Positions 5,530 to 11,849 of a DNA stretch of 18,330 nt are shown here, piece by piece. The notes beneath the pieces were generated by a model. It made no database searches and was not told where the DNA came from. It saw nothing but the letters and a program-made list of their open reading frames with translations. Every line of letters starts with the position of its first letter. Position 1 is the stretch's first letter. Location of the stretch: the IMG/VR virus record IMGVR_UViG_3300005329_000001. The stretch is one strand, 5' to 3'. Source of the stretch: a virus. Taxonomy: Duplodnaviria; Heunggongvirae; Uroviricota; Caudoviricetes. The position numbers were made by a program, and so were the translations under genes.

Positions 5530-6498
5530 ATGAGCGACAAGAAGCGTTCGCGCAATCGTATCGAGACCAAGATCGCCTTCTCCAACCTCAACGTTCCGCC
5601 GGGGATGTCGGAGAAGGAGATCGAGCTGCAGGCGCGGGCGGCCGAGGCGACCCGCTCTTCGATCGCCGAGCTGGAAGTGAGCAAGGCGGCGCAGGCCGTC
5701 ACCGCGGCGAGCCTGGCAACCCAGAAGTCCCTTTCGACGATCAACGAGGAGCTGGCCAACAAGCTCTCGCTCCTCCAGGACGTCAAGACGAACATCGACC
5801 TCGAGGCCAAGGAACTCACCAAGCTCTACGGCGCCCGAGTCATCCTCGAGCACCTCGATGTGCTGAAGGCCGAGCACGACGAGCAGAAGGCGGCGCTCGA
5901 GAAGGAGATCCTCGAAGCCCGCACGAAGAACGCCGAGGACTGGAACGCGACGAAGAAGGAGCGCGAGCGCGAACAGGCCGATTACGAGTACACGACCAAG
6001 CAGACCCGCAAGGCGGATCTGGATGCGTGGAACGAGCAGGTCCGGGTGCGCAACATCCAAGAGCTCGCTCGCCAGGACCAGCTCCAGAAGATCTGGGCGC
6101 AGCGGGAAGACGAGCTGAAGCTCCGTGAGAAGGAGCTGATCGATCTTCGGGCCGCGGTCGCCGGTCACCTGGGCGAGATCGAGAAGGCGGTCAAGCAGGC
6201 AGTGGCAATCGAGAGCAACCGCCTGACTCGGGATCACAACCACGCCAAGGAGCTCCTCGAGAAGGATCGGGCGAGCGAGAAGGCGCTCTACGAGGCGGAC
6301 AAGAAGGCTCTTACGGAGCAGAACGCTCGGCTGACGAAGCTGAACGAAGAGCTGCAGATCGCGCTGAAGGAAGCCAACCAGAAGAACGCGGAGATCGCCA
6401 CGAAGGCCCTCGAGTCGACCTCGAGCCGCGAGGCGCTCACCACGCTGCAGACGACGCTCAAGGACGCGGGCGTCAACGGCAGCATTCGGAAGTCGTAA
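5530..6498 (+). CDS. 322-aa all-helical coiled-coil protein (resembles bacterial proteins loosely annotated myosin-heavy-chain-like)
   Basis: AGGAGAG SD before ATG 5530; heptad-rich, motifs EREREQADYEY and WAQREDEL; the ORF-track start 5401 lies inside tRNA-Phe. Confidence 0.9.
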   Translation: MSDKKRSRNRIETKIAFSNLNVPPGMSEKEIELQARAAEATRSSIAELEVSKAAQAVTAASLATQKSLSTINEELANKLSLLQDVKTNIDLEAKELTKLYGARVILEHLDVLKAEHDEQKAALEKEILEARTKNAEDWNATKKEREREQADYEYTTKQTRKADLDAWNEQVRVRNIQELARQDQLQKIWAQREDELKLREKELIDLRAAVAGHLGEIEKAVKQAVAIESNRLTRDHNHAKELLEKDRASEKALYEADKKALTEQNARLTKLNEELQIALKEANQKNAEIATKALESTSSREALTTLQTTLKDAGVNGSIRKS

Positions 6499-6511
6499 GC
6501 AGGGGTAGCAC

Positions 6512-6536
6512 GAAACGGGGTTCGCCCCGTTTCTTT
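6512..6536 (+). terminator. UUCG hairpin, probable terminator or processing signal
   Basis: GAAACGGGG-TTCG-CCCCGTTTC followed by TTT. Confidence 0.7.
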
Positions 6537-6545
6537 AGCTAGTAC

Positions 6546-6618
<73 letters not shown>

Positions 6619-6630
6619 CTGAAGAAGCAC

Positions 6631-6705
6631 GCGGGAGTAGCTCACTGGTAGAGCGCTGGCTCGACACGCCAGAGGTAGAGGGATCGATACCCTCCTTCCG
6701 CACCA
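6631..6705 (+). tRNA. trnV: tRNA-Val(GAC), C33 and T-loop ATCGATA, CCA encoded
   Basis: Stems intact; loop TC-GAC-AC. Confidence 0.85.
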
Positions 6706-6706
6706 T

Positions 6707-6779
6707 GGGGACGTAGCTCAGTTGGGAGAGCGCATCGTTCGCAACGATGAGGTCGAGGGTTCGATCCCCTTCGTCTCCA
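6707..6779 (+). tRNA. trnA: tRNA-Ala(CGC)
   Basis: Full cloverleaf; G3:U70; loop TT-CGC-AA. Confidence 0.95.
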
Positions 6780-6798
6780 CTCATGGTAGGATCCACTC

Positions 6799-7071
6799 AT
6801 GGCGAAAGCGCGGCGGCTCTTTCATCACAAGTGGCGCTGGCAGCGAGTGACAAAGCTGATGGCGCGGGACGGGATGACCTGCATGATCTGCAAGGAGGCC
6901 CTCGATCGCCGCATCAAGGACGTCTTCAGCGAGATGTACATCACCTTCGACCACATCATCCCGAGGTCGGGGGGAGGCACGGACCACATCGACAACCTCC
7001 GCCTGGCCCATCAGGGCTGCAACCGGCGACGGGGCTGTGATCCGATCTTGCCAGAGAGTGAAGCAGCATAA
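6799..7071 (+). CDS. Freestanding HNH endonuclease
   Basis: CMIC...TFDHIIPRSGGGTDHIDNLRLAHQGCN HNH motif. Confidence 0.9.
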   Translation: MAKARRLFHHKWRWQRVTKLMARDGMTCMICKEALDRRIKDVFSEMYITFDHIIPRSGGGTDHIDNLRLAHQGCNRRRGCDPILPESEAA

Positions 7072-7072
7072 T

Positions 7073-7147
7073 GGGGTCGAGAAGTCTGGTGACCAGGACT
7101 GTTTTGCAAGCAGACCGCGGTGGGTTCGATTCCCATCGGCTCCACCA
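7073..7147 (+). tRNA. trnA: tRNA-Ala(TGC), atypical D-arm, CCA encoded
   Basis: G3:U70; loop TT-TGC-AA; canonical T-arm. Confidence 0.85.
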
Positions 7148-7152
7148 TCGAC

Positions 7153-7263
7153 GCGCAGAAGTCTGAACCACGACACCAGCCAGTGAGGGCGAAAGCACCT
7201 GGGAGTGGGAGACGAAAGTCGATTGCACCACGCCGGAGACGCGGGAGTATAGCCCGCCTGCGC
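7153..7263 (+). ncRNA. Candidate structured RNA with three GNRA-capped hairpins
   Basis: Closing stem GCGCAG/CTGCGC; GC-GAAA-GC, GAC-GAAA-GTC, CG-GAGA-CG. Confidence 0.5.
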
Positions 7264-7273
7264 ACACTGATAG

Positions 7274-7344
7274 GCCCCTGTCGTTCAATGGCAGGACGCA
7301 TCCTTGGTAAGGATGAAAAGAGGGTTCGATTCCCTCCCGGGGCT
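7274..7344 (+). tRNA. trnT: tRNA-Thr(GGT)
   Basis: Full cloverleaf; loop TT-GGT-AA. Confidence 0.93.
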
Positions 7345-7346
7345 CC

Positions 7347-7576
7347 GCATCTTGATTTCGAGCCATCGCGGCGAGCGGAAGGAATCGTCTCGCTGAGGAA
7401 GTTCGCGGGTGCTCAGGACGAGTGTCCGAGCTCTGTGGGAGGAGAAATCCGCTGAACCACAACTCGGCCTGCACTAAGGCAAACAGGAGATGTTGACCCT
7501 GTCCGGCGAGTCTCCGGGTTGCTGCTTAGACGAATGATGGCATAGAACAAAACCGCGGCTACGGATCTCAAGATGT
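7347..7576 (+). ncRNA. rnpB: Minimal RNase P RNA (catalytic domain intact, specificity domain strongly reduced, no P18/P19)
   Basis: P1 7347-7355/7568-7576; P2 7362-7368/7535-7541; P3 7370-7394; GAGGAAGUUCGCGG pairing with CCGCGGCU (7553-7560) as P4 with bulged U7402; P5 GUGC/GCAC; P15/P16 with GGU at 7517-7519; AGACGAAUGA and AACAAAAC conserved segments. Confidence 0.9.
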
Positions 7577-7579
7577 CTT

Positions 7580-7651
7580 GTCCTCGTAGTGAAACGGATA
7601 TCACGCGACGCTACGAACGTTGTATTCCAGGTTCGAATCCTGGCGAGGACG
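7580..7651 (+). tRNA. trnR: tRNA-Arg(ACG)
   Basis: Full cloverleaf; loop CT-ACG-AA. Confidence 0.95.
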
Positions 7652-7654
7652 CTG

Positions 7655-7822
7655 ATGGAAGAGCCTTTCAAGATTCCATGGATTCACAGGCAAGACGTCA
7701 GGTACGTCAAAAGAGGGATGTACCGCCTGGTGATCTACGCAAGACGGCACTTCTACTATGACGTGTTTCTCGAGTTCTGCTCTCGTGGTGAAACGGACAT
7801 CATGCAGCCCTCCGAAGGCTGA
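7655..7822 (+). CDS. Possible small ORF (MEEPFKIPWIHRQD...), 3' end overlaps tRNA-Arg(CCG)
   Basis: Fills a 127-nt spacer; GAGG upstream; overlap with a tRNA lowers confidence. Confidence 0.3.
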   Translation: MEEPFKIPWIHRQDVRYVKRGMYRLVIYARRHFYYDVFLEFCSRGETDIMQPSEG

Positions 7823-7850
7823 GTTGCAGGTTCGATTCCTGCCGAGAGCA
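7779..7850 (+). tRNA. trnR: tRNA-Arg(CCG)
   Basis: Full cloverleaf; loop CT-CCG-AA. Confidence 0.95.
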
Positions 7851-7856
7851 CAACAC

Positions 7857-7930
7857 GTCCCTGCAGCATGATTGGATCATGCAGCCGCCTCCTAAGCGGA
7901 AGAGTGCCGGTTCGAATCCGGCCAGGGACA
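7857..7930 (+). tRNA. trnR: tRNA-Arg(CCT)
   Basis: Full cloverleaf; loop CT-CCT-AA. Confidence 0.93.
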
Positions 7931-7931
7931 C

Positions 7932-8003
7932 TGCGGGCTGGAGAAAGGGCAACTCACTAGGCTCATAACCTAGAGATTCCACGTTCAACTCGTGGGCCCG
8001 CTA
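7932..8003 (+). tRNA. trnM: tRNA-Met(CAT), initiator-like (1:72 mismatch)
   Basis: Loop CT-CAT-AA; U1:U72 mismatch; only two G-C pairs at the anticodon stem base. Confidence 0.85.
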
Positions 8004-8004
8004 C

Positions 8005-8071
8005 CGCTCGACCTCTGGGAGGAACGAGGCTTCATACGCCTTGGAGATCGGTTCGATTCCGATGCGAGCGA
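8005..8071 (+). tRNA. tRNA-Met/Ile2(CAT), minimal D-arm (CCTC-TGG-GAGG)
   Basis: Stem GAGGC/GCCTT closing TT-CAT-AC; canonical T-arm. Confidence 0.75.
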
Positions 8072-8075
8072 CTGC

Positions 8076-8151
8076 GCAGCGCAGTTCACCAGGTGGTGAT
8101 GCCTCTCTCACACGGAGGATGAGCAGGGTTCGAGTCCCTGGCGCTGTACCA
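8076..8151 (+). tRNA. trnV: tRNA-Val(CAC), CCA encoded
   Basis: Cloverleaf; loop CT-CAC-AC. Confidence 0.9.
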
Positions 8152-8153
8152 AT

Positions 8154-8237
8154 GCGAGCGTGGCGGAACTGGTAGACGCGCCAGCTTGAGGTGCTGGTGG
8201 CCGAAAGGCCGTGGGAGTTCGAGTCTCCCCGTTCGCA
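8154..8237 (+). tRNA. trnL: tRNA-Leu(GAG), long variable arm
   Basis: Class II cloverleaf; loop TT-GAG-GT. Confidence 0.95.
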
Positions 8238-8244
8238 CAAATCT

Positions 8245-8331
8245 GCTCGGGTGGCGTAACTGGTAAACGCGCCGGTCTCAGAAGCCGGTGGGCGAAAGTC
8301 CGTGTGAGTTCGAGTCTCATCCCGAGCACCA
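8245..8331 (+). tRNA. trnL: tRNA-Leu(CAG), long variable arm, CCA encoded
   Basis: Class II cloverleaf; loop CT-CAG-AA. Confidence 0.95.
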
Positions 8332-8332
8332 T

Positions 8333-8406
8333 GCCGACGTAGTCCAACTGGTAGAGACGTCCGCCTTAGAAGCGGAACAGTAGGAGTTCGAATCTCCTCG
8401 TCGGCA
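8333..8406 (+). tRNA. trnL: tRNA with Leu anticodon TAG but short variable loop
   Basis: Loop CT-TAG-AA; 5-nt variable loop ACAGT. Confidence 0.88.
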
Positions 8407-8411
8407 CTCAT

Positions 8412-8485
8412 GCTCCCGTAGCCCAACTGGTAGAGGCACCGCATTCAAAACGCGGGCAGTATCGGTTCGAATCCGATCGGGAGTA
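8412..8485 (+). tRNA. trnL: tRNA with Leu anticodon CAA but short variable loop
   Basis: Loop TT-CAA-AA; 5-nt variable loop GCAGT. Confidence 0.88.
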
Positions 8486-8518
8486 CAATCTGGTCAGTGC
8501 GAAGAAAGGAAGCGTGTC

Positions 8519-9064
8519 GTGGAGACCCTGGTACTTGACGTCGCATACAGACCACACAGCCGCGTTCCGTGGCAAGAGGCGATCATCAAGGTCCTCGTCG
8601 ACAAGACTGTAGAGGTCGTCGAGAACTACCCGGATCGCTACATCAACACAGTGAGCTGGAAGATCGAGATGCCTTCGATCGTCCGGCTCATCATGCCCGT
8701 GAAGAAGGAGAAGGCCATCAAGTTCTCCCGTCACGGCATCTACGCTCGCGATAAGGGTAAGTGCCAGTACTGCGGGAACCGCGTCTCGAAGAAGGAGATG
8801 CAGTACGAGCACGTGATCCCACGTGCCCAGGGTGGAAAGACATGCTGGGAGAACATCGTCGTCGCCTGCATGTCATGCAACCAGCGGAAGGCCGGTAGGA
8901 CTCCTGCGCAAGCGGGAATGCGCCTCTTGTCGACGCCGGTAAAGCCGAAGAGACTCCCAGACATGGGAGACTACGGCATGACCTACAACCCGGGCATGCC
9001 AGAGGCGTGGAAGACGTACTTGAGATCCCACGCTTACTGGAACGTAGCTCTCGAGGAAGAATAA
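8519..9064 (+). CDS. HNH endonuclease (McrA-like HNH family with N-terminal LVLD..Y.P extension)
   Basis: RDKGKCQYCG...EHVIPRAQGGKTCWENIVVACMSCNQRK; GTG start with AAAGGA SD. Confidence 0.92.
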   Translation: METLVLDVAYRPHSRVPWQEAIIKVLVDKTVEVVENYPDRYINTVSWKIEMPSIVRLIMPVKKEKAIKFSRHGIYARDKGKCQYCGNRVSKKEMQYEHVIPRAQGGKTCWENIVVACMSCNQRKAGRTPAQAGMRLLSTPVKPKRLPDMGDYGMTYNPGMPEAWKTYLRSHAYWNVALEEE

Positions 9065-9078
9065 TCGGGAGGCCACGT

Positions 9079-9363
9079 ATGCGGATCTTGAAGGCAGTGC
9101 TCTTGCTCGTTCTCTTCGTCTCGCCCGCCATGGGATTCGAGACGGCCCCTCGGAAGCTCGCCCCGGCAAGAACTCCGGGTCAGCGTCCGGTGGGAGCTCA
9201 GCCGGATGGTGAGCTCTGCGGGAACGGGAACACGTTCTGCTCCGCCGGCGAAGTCTGCACCAGTCACTTCGACTGCGTGACGGTCTGCGGGACGTTGTAC
9301 TGCTGGTACCAGCTCGAGTCGGCGTGGCAGAACTGCCCCGCTGGTGAGTGCCTCTGTCAGTAA
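9079..9363 (+). CDS. 94-aa secreted cysteine-rich protein
   Basis: GGGAGG SD before ATG 9079; signal peptide MRILKAVLLLVLFVSPAMG; 9 Cys in the C-terminal 48 aa. Confidence 0.8.
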   Translation: MRILKAVLLLVLFVSPAMGFETAPRKLAPARTPGQRPVGAQPDGELCGNGNTFCSAGEVCTSHFDCVTVCGTLYCWYQLESAWQNCPAGECLCQ

Positions 9364-9369
9364 CCGGAT

Positions 9370-9458
9370 GGGGAAGTGGCCGAGAGGCTTAAGGCAGCGG
9401 TCTTGAAAACCGCCGGGCCCCGCAAGGGGCTCCGGGGGTTCGAATCCCTCCTTCCCCG
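9370..9458 (+). tRNA. trnS: tRNA-Ser(TGA)
   Basis: Class II cloverleaf; loop CT-TGA-AA; G73. Confidence 0.95.
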
Positions 9459-9495
9459 CCCTCATTCCGCGCCGCGGCGGTCTCCGCGGCATCTT

Positions 9496-9582
9496 GGAGA
9501 GTGAACTGCACAGGGTGCAGGCCTGCTTGGAAAGCAGTGCGGGCGGCGCAAGCTGTCTGAGGTTCGAATCCTTCTCTCTCCG
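9496..9582 (+). tRNA. trnS: tRNA-Ser(GGA) with 6-bp D-stem/3-nt loop and probable 8/4 acceptor/T-stem fold
   Basis: CTGCAC-AGG-GTGCAG D-arm; loop TT-GGA-AA; 7-bp GCAA-capped variable arm; G73. Confidence 0.8.
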
Positions 9583-9595
9583 CCGGAGCAAGACC

Positions 9596-9763
9596 ATGAA
9601 GGTGAGAACGTTCGACGACGATCACATGGCCGAGGCCGAGCTGCTGAGCGCTCCTGGCGCGACAGGGCTCTGCAAGGTGAAGATCGGGGACAGAACCCTC
9701 GCTCGACACGTTGATCGGCTGGAGCCTCTGGACGACGAAGCCAGGAAGCTCCTGAAGAAGTAG
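9596..9763 (+). CDS. 55-aa hypothetical protein (MKVRTFDDDHMAEAELL...)
   Basis: GGAG SD; fits between two tRNA-Ser genes; the ORF-track start 9494 lies in the tRNA region. Confidence 0.75.
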   Translation: MKVRTFDDDHMAEAELLSAPGATGLCKVKIGDRTLARHVDRLEPLDDEARKLLKK

Positions 9764-9768
9764 TTCTG

Positions 9769-9858
9769 GGAGGGTTTGCACATTGGCAAGTCAGCTCGCC
9801 TCGAAAGCGAGTGGGCTGGGAAACCGGCTCTGGGAGTTCAACTCTCCCCCCTTCCGCC
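9769..9858 (+). tRNA. trnS: tRNA-Ser(CGA), acceptor one pair short, CCA encoded
   Basis: Loop CT-CGA-AA; long variable arm; G73. Confidence 0.82.
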
Positions 9859-9863
9859 AGTAG

Positions 9864-9929
9864 TTGTCGTGCAACGAGGAAGCCGGCAGCGAACAGAGAC
9901 TTTGCTGGCCTCGCAGTGACACAGTCTCT
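9864..9929 (+). ncRNA. Candidate pseudoknotted RNA element
   Basis: Stem GCCGGCA/TGCTGGC whose loop AGAGACT (9894-9900) complements AGTCTCT (9923-9929). Confidence 0.45.
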
Positions 9930-9931
9930 CT

Positions 9932-10017
9932 GCCCGAGTGGTGGAACCGGAATACACAGCCCACTTAAAATGAGCCGCGCCAAGAAGCGCTTGCGGGTTC
10001 GAATCCCGCCTCGGGCA
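9932..10017 (+). tRNA. trnL: tRNA-Leu(TAA), long variable arm, no intron
   Basis: Class II cloverleaf; loop CT-TAA-AA. Confidence 0.93.
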
Positions 10018-10021
10018 CTAT

Positions 10022-10109
10022 GGAGTGGTGGCAGAGCTGGCCTATTGCACCCGGTTGCTAACCGGACGGGTCCGAAAGGGCTCCGAGGGTTCGAATCCCT
10101 CTCACTCCT
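10022..10109 (+). tRNA. trnS: tRNA-Ser(GCT), U73
   Basis: Class II cloverleaf; loop TT-GCT-AA. Confidence 0.92.
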
Positions 10110-10139
10110 CCCCATCTTCGCTGTAGACTATTCGGATTC

Positions 10140-10211
10140 GCCCCCATGGTGTAACGGATAGCGCATCCGCCTTCTAAGCGGATAGTAGAGGTTCGATTCC
10201 TCTTGGGGGCG
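10140..10211 (+). tRNA. trnR: tRNA-Arg(TCT)
   Basis: Full cloverleaf; loop CT-TCT-AA. Confidence 0.95.
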
Positions 10212-10215
10212 CTAC

Positions 10216-10305
10216 CGGCCTGTAGGTTAACGGTAAGACCGACCGCCTTATAAGCGGGGAGCGCCAGATAAGCGCGAAGTGCGGGTTCGAATCCCGCCAG
10301 GCCGA
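10216..10305 (+). tRNA. tRNA with anticodon TAT (Ile AUA reading) and a long variable arm
   Basis: Loop CT-TAT-AA; GCGC-CAGATAA-GCGC variable arm; C1-G72, A73. Confidence 0.85.
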
Positions 10306-10309
10306 CCGA

Positions 10310-10738
10310 TTACGTGTAGGTGAGCTTGACGGTCTCGGTCTGACCGTTGTCGAGCTGGAAGACCAGCAGGTTCACTTCGGCCGCGGCGTTGGTCACGGCG
10401 ATCGCGAACGCTCCGCTGGAGTTCGTCGCGAGCCAGAGCGACTTGGTGCCCGATCCGGCCACGGCCGTACCCGTACCGCCGCTGATCACCATGGTGCCAG
10501 CGCCCGAGACGGGAACCGATGTGACCAGGATGTCGGTGGCCACCTTGATCGGCGTGCCGTCGAGGTCGGTGAGCTGGCCTGTGACGATGATGACGTTGGT
10601 GTTCTCGGCGCCGACCGACAGCGCCAGCACCTTCTCGTTGTTCGTGATCGCCTGTAGTACGGTGGCGATGACATCGCCGCTGTCTGCGAAGTGCTTCAGC
10701 TTCGCGAGCTGGTCCGCGGACACGTTGATCTTACTCAT
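10310..10738 (-). CDS. 142-aa Thr/Val/Gly-rich beta-strand protein, possibly virion accessory/Ig-like
   Basis: AGAGGAG SD before ATG 10738; composition only. Confidence 0.8.
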   Translation of the reverse strand: MSKINVSADQLAKLKHFADSGDVIATVLQAITNNEKVLALSVGAENTNVIIVTGQLTDLDGTPIKVATDILVTSVPVSGAGTMVISGGTGTAVAGSGTKSLWLATNSSGAFAIAVTNAAAEVNLLVFQLDNGQTETVKLTYT

Positions 10739-10877
10739 TCGCTTCTCCTCTTCGAAAGATTCGTGACCACGGGGTGGTCGTAGCTTCTGTAGCGTCTCAA
10801 AGAGACCTGGCGGTGGGAAGAGAAGAACAGCTTGATTCCACAGGCTCTTGGCGGTATCGCTGAAGACGGAGGCCACC

Positions 10878-11159
10878 ATGAGCGACCGTGAGAAGCCGGA
10901 CTACGAACGGGCATTTACCACCATCGAGGACTGCGAGAAGGAGATCTCTCGTCTCAAGGACGACATCTGCCGGAAGGTCAAAGCAAGAGGCCAGACCAAG
11001 CAGAACAAGAAGGACGCGATGGCGGGCTACAACGAGACTCTGAAGGAGCTCGAGGCCGATCTCGACTTCAACACCGAGGTCATCGACGAGCTCTTGCGCC
11101 ACATGAAGCTGCTCGATGCTCAGGGCGGCCCGAAGTCTCCCAAGCTCCAGAGCGTGTAG
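10878..11159 (+). CDS. 93-aa helical/coiled-coil hypothetical protein
   Basis: GGAGG SD before ATG 10878. Confidence 0.85.
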   Translation: MSDREKPDYERAFTTIEDCEKEISRLKDDICRKVKARGQTKQNKKDAMAGYNETLKELEADLDFNTEVIDELLRHMKLLDAQGGPKSPKLQSV

Positions 11160-11162
11160 CGC

Positions 11163-11191
11163 TTGACATCTTGCTCGAGCATGGGTAGCTT
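11163..11191 (+). promoter_or_regulatory. sigma70-type promoter for the Pth-like/tRNA-like unit
   Basis: TTGACA-17 nt-TAGCTT. Confidence 0.75.
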
Positions 11192-11207
11192 CCTGTTCGA
11201 GTACATC

Positions 11208-11225
11208 ATGTCCGCTTGCGCTTAA
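11208..11225 (+). CDS. 5-codon uORF ATG TCC GCT TGC GCT TAA, candidate +1 frameshift entry into the Pth-like frame
   Basis: First ATG after the promoter; two in-frame GCT-T tetramers (11214-11217, 11220-11223). Confidence 0.55.
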   Translation: MSACA

Positions 11226-11244
11226 CACACAGCTCCATCACTAC

Positions 11245-11580
11245 GTGATCATTCGCGAGGACCTTCCTCGCGGAACTCTCGCCGCCCAGATCACCCACGC
11301 GGCTCGAGAGTCCTCCACGCAGTTCAAGATAGATCATTCACCCCTGCCGATTTTCGCCGTCGTGCTTGCTGCACGCTGCGAGACAGATCTGCTCGAGCTC
11401 GAAGCACGCCTGCGAGCCGGCGGGGTCCCTCACTTCGCCATGCGCGAGCCCGATCCGCCACTGAACGGCGCGATCACCGCCATCGGCTTGCCCCCACAAC
11501 CCAAGTCCCAGCTCAAGAAGTACTTGAGCAGCATTCCCAAATTGAAAGAGGAGAGTTCCTATGAAAAACGCCCGCTATAA
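11245..11580 (+). CDS. Pth2-like peptidyl-tRNA hydrolase family protein; true N-terminus probably upstream via frameshift
   Basis: HYVIIREDL..G..AAQ.THA, VVL, EPD...G.ITAIG..P motifs typical of Pth2-fold proteins; frame open from 11167 with no ATG/GTG/TTG before 11245 and no SD at 11245. Confidence 0.75.
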   Translation: MIIREDLPRGTLAAQITHAARESSTQFKIDHSPLPIFAVVLAARCETDLLELEARLRAGGVPHFAMREPDPPLNGAITAIGLPPQPKSQLKKYLSSIPKLKEESSYEKRPL

Positions 11581-11842
11581 CATCCGTGAGTTGAGTACCA
11601 AGCTGCGCACGACGGCCGAGGAGATTCAGAAGCTGAAGAAGCAGATTCGCACGCCGCACTACTTGCCGTCGGCGCAGGAGTACAAGATCTTGGTGCATCT
11701 GAAGCACCTCGCTACGGCGCTGTGCTGTCTCCGAGCGCACCATCGCGGCAAGATGCACTTGCCGAACGATCTCGAGATGAATACACACTTGATCGAAGAG
11801 TTCGAGGGTGTGTACCTTCTCGTGAAGGAGGCTGCAGCGTAA
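11561..11842 (+). CDS. 93-aa basic helical hypothetical protein coupled to the Pth-like gene
   Basis: GAGGAG SD; 20-nt overlap with the upstream CDS. Confidence 0.8.
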   Translation: MKNARYNIRELSTKLRTTAEEIQKLKKQIRTPHYLPSAQEYKILVHLKHLATALCCLRAHHRGKMHLPNDLEMNTHLIEEFEGVYLLVKEAAA

Positions 11843-11849
11843 CACCTAC

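Noticed and set aside
7153-7263. 5S rRNA, group I intron or c-di-GMP riboswitch
   Set aside because: Only short local resemblances (GAGTATAGCC, GAGTGGGA); conserved cores are not colinear
8005-8071. Opal suppressor or tRNA-Sec reading (CT-TCA-TA)
   Set aside because: Only the GAGGC/GCCTT register pairs, which gives anticodon CAT; no Sec-type long arms
9859-9931. HDV-like theta ribozyme downstream of tRNA-Ser
   Set aside because: No P1.1 GG or J4/2 catalytic C in the expected positions; kept only as an unassigned pseudoknot
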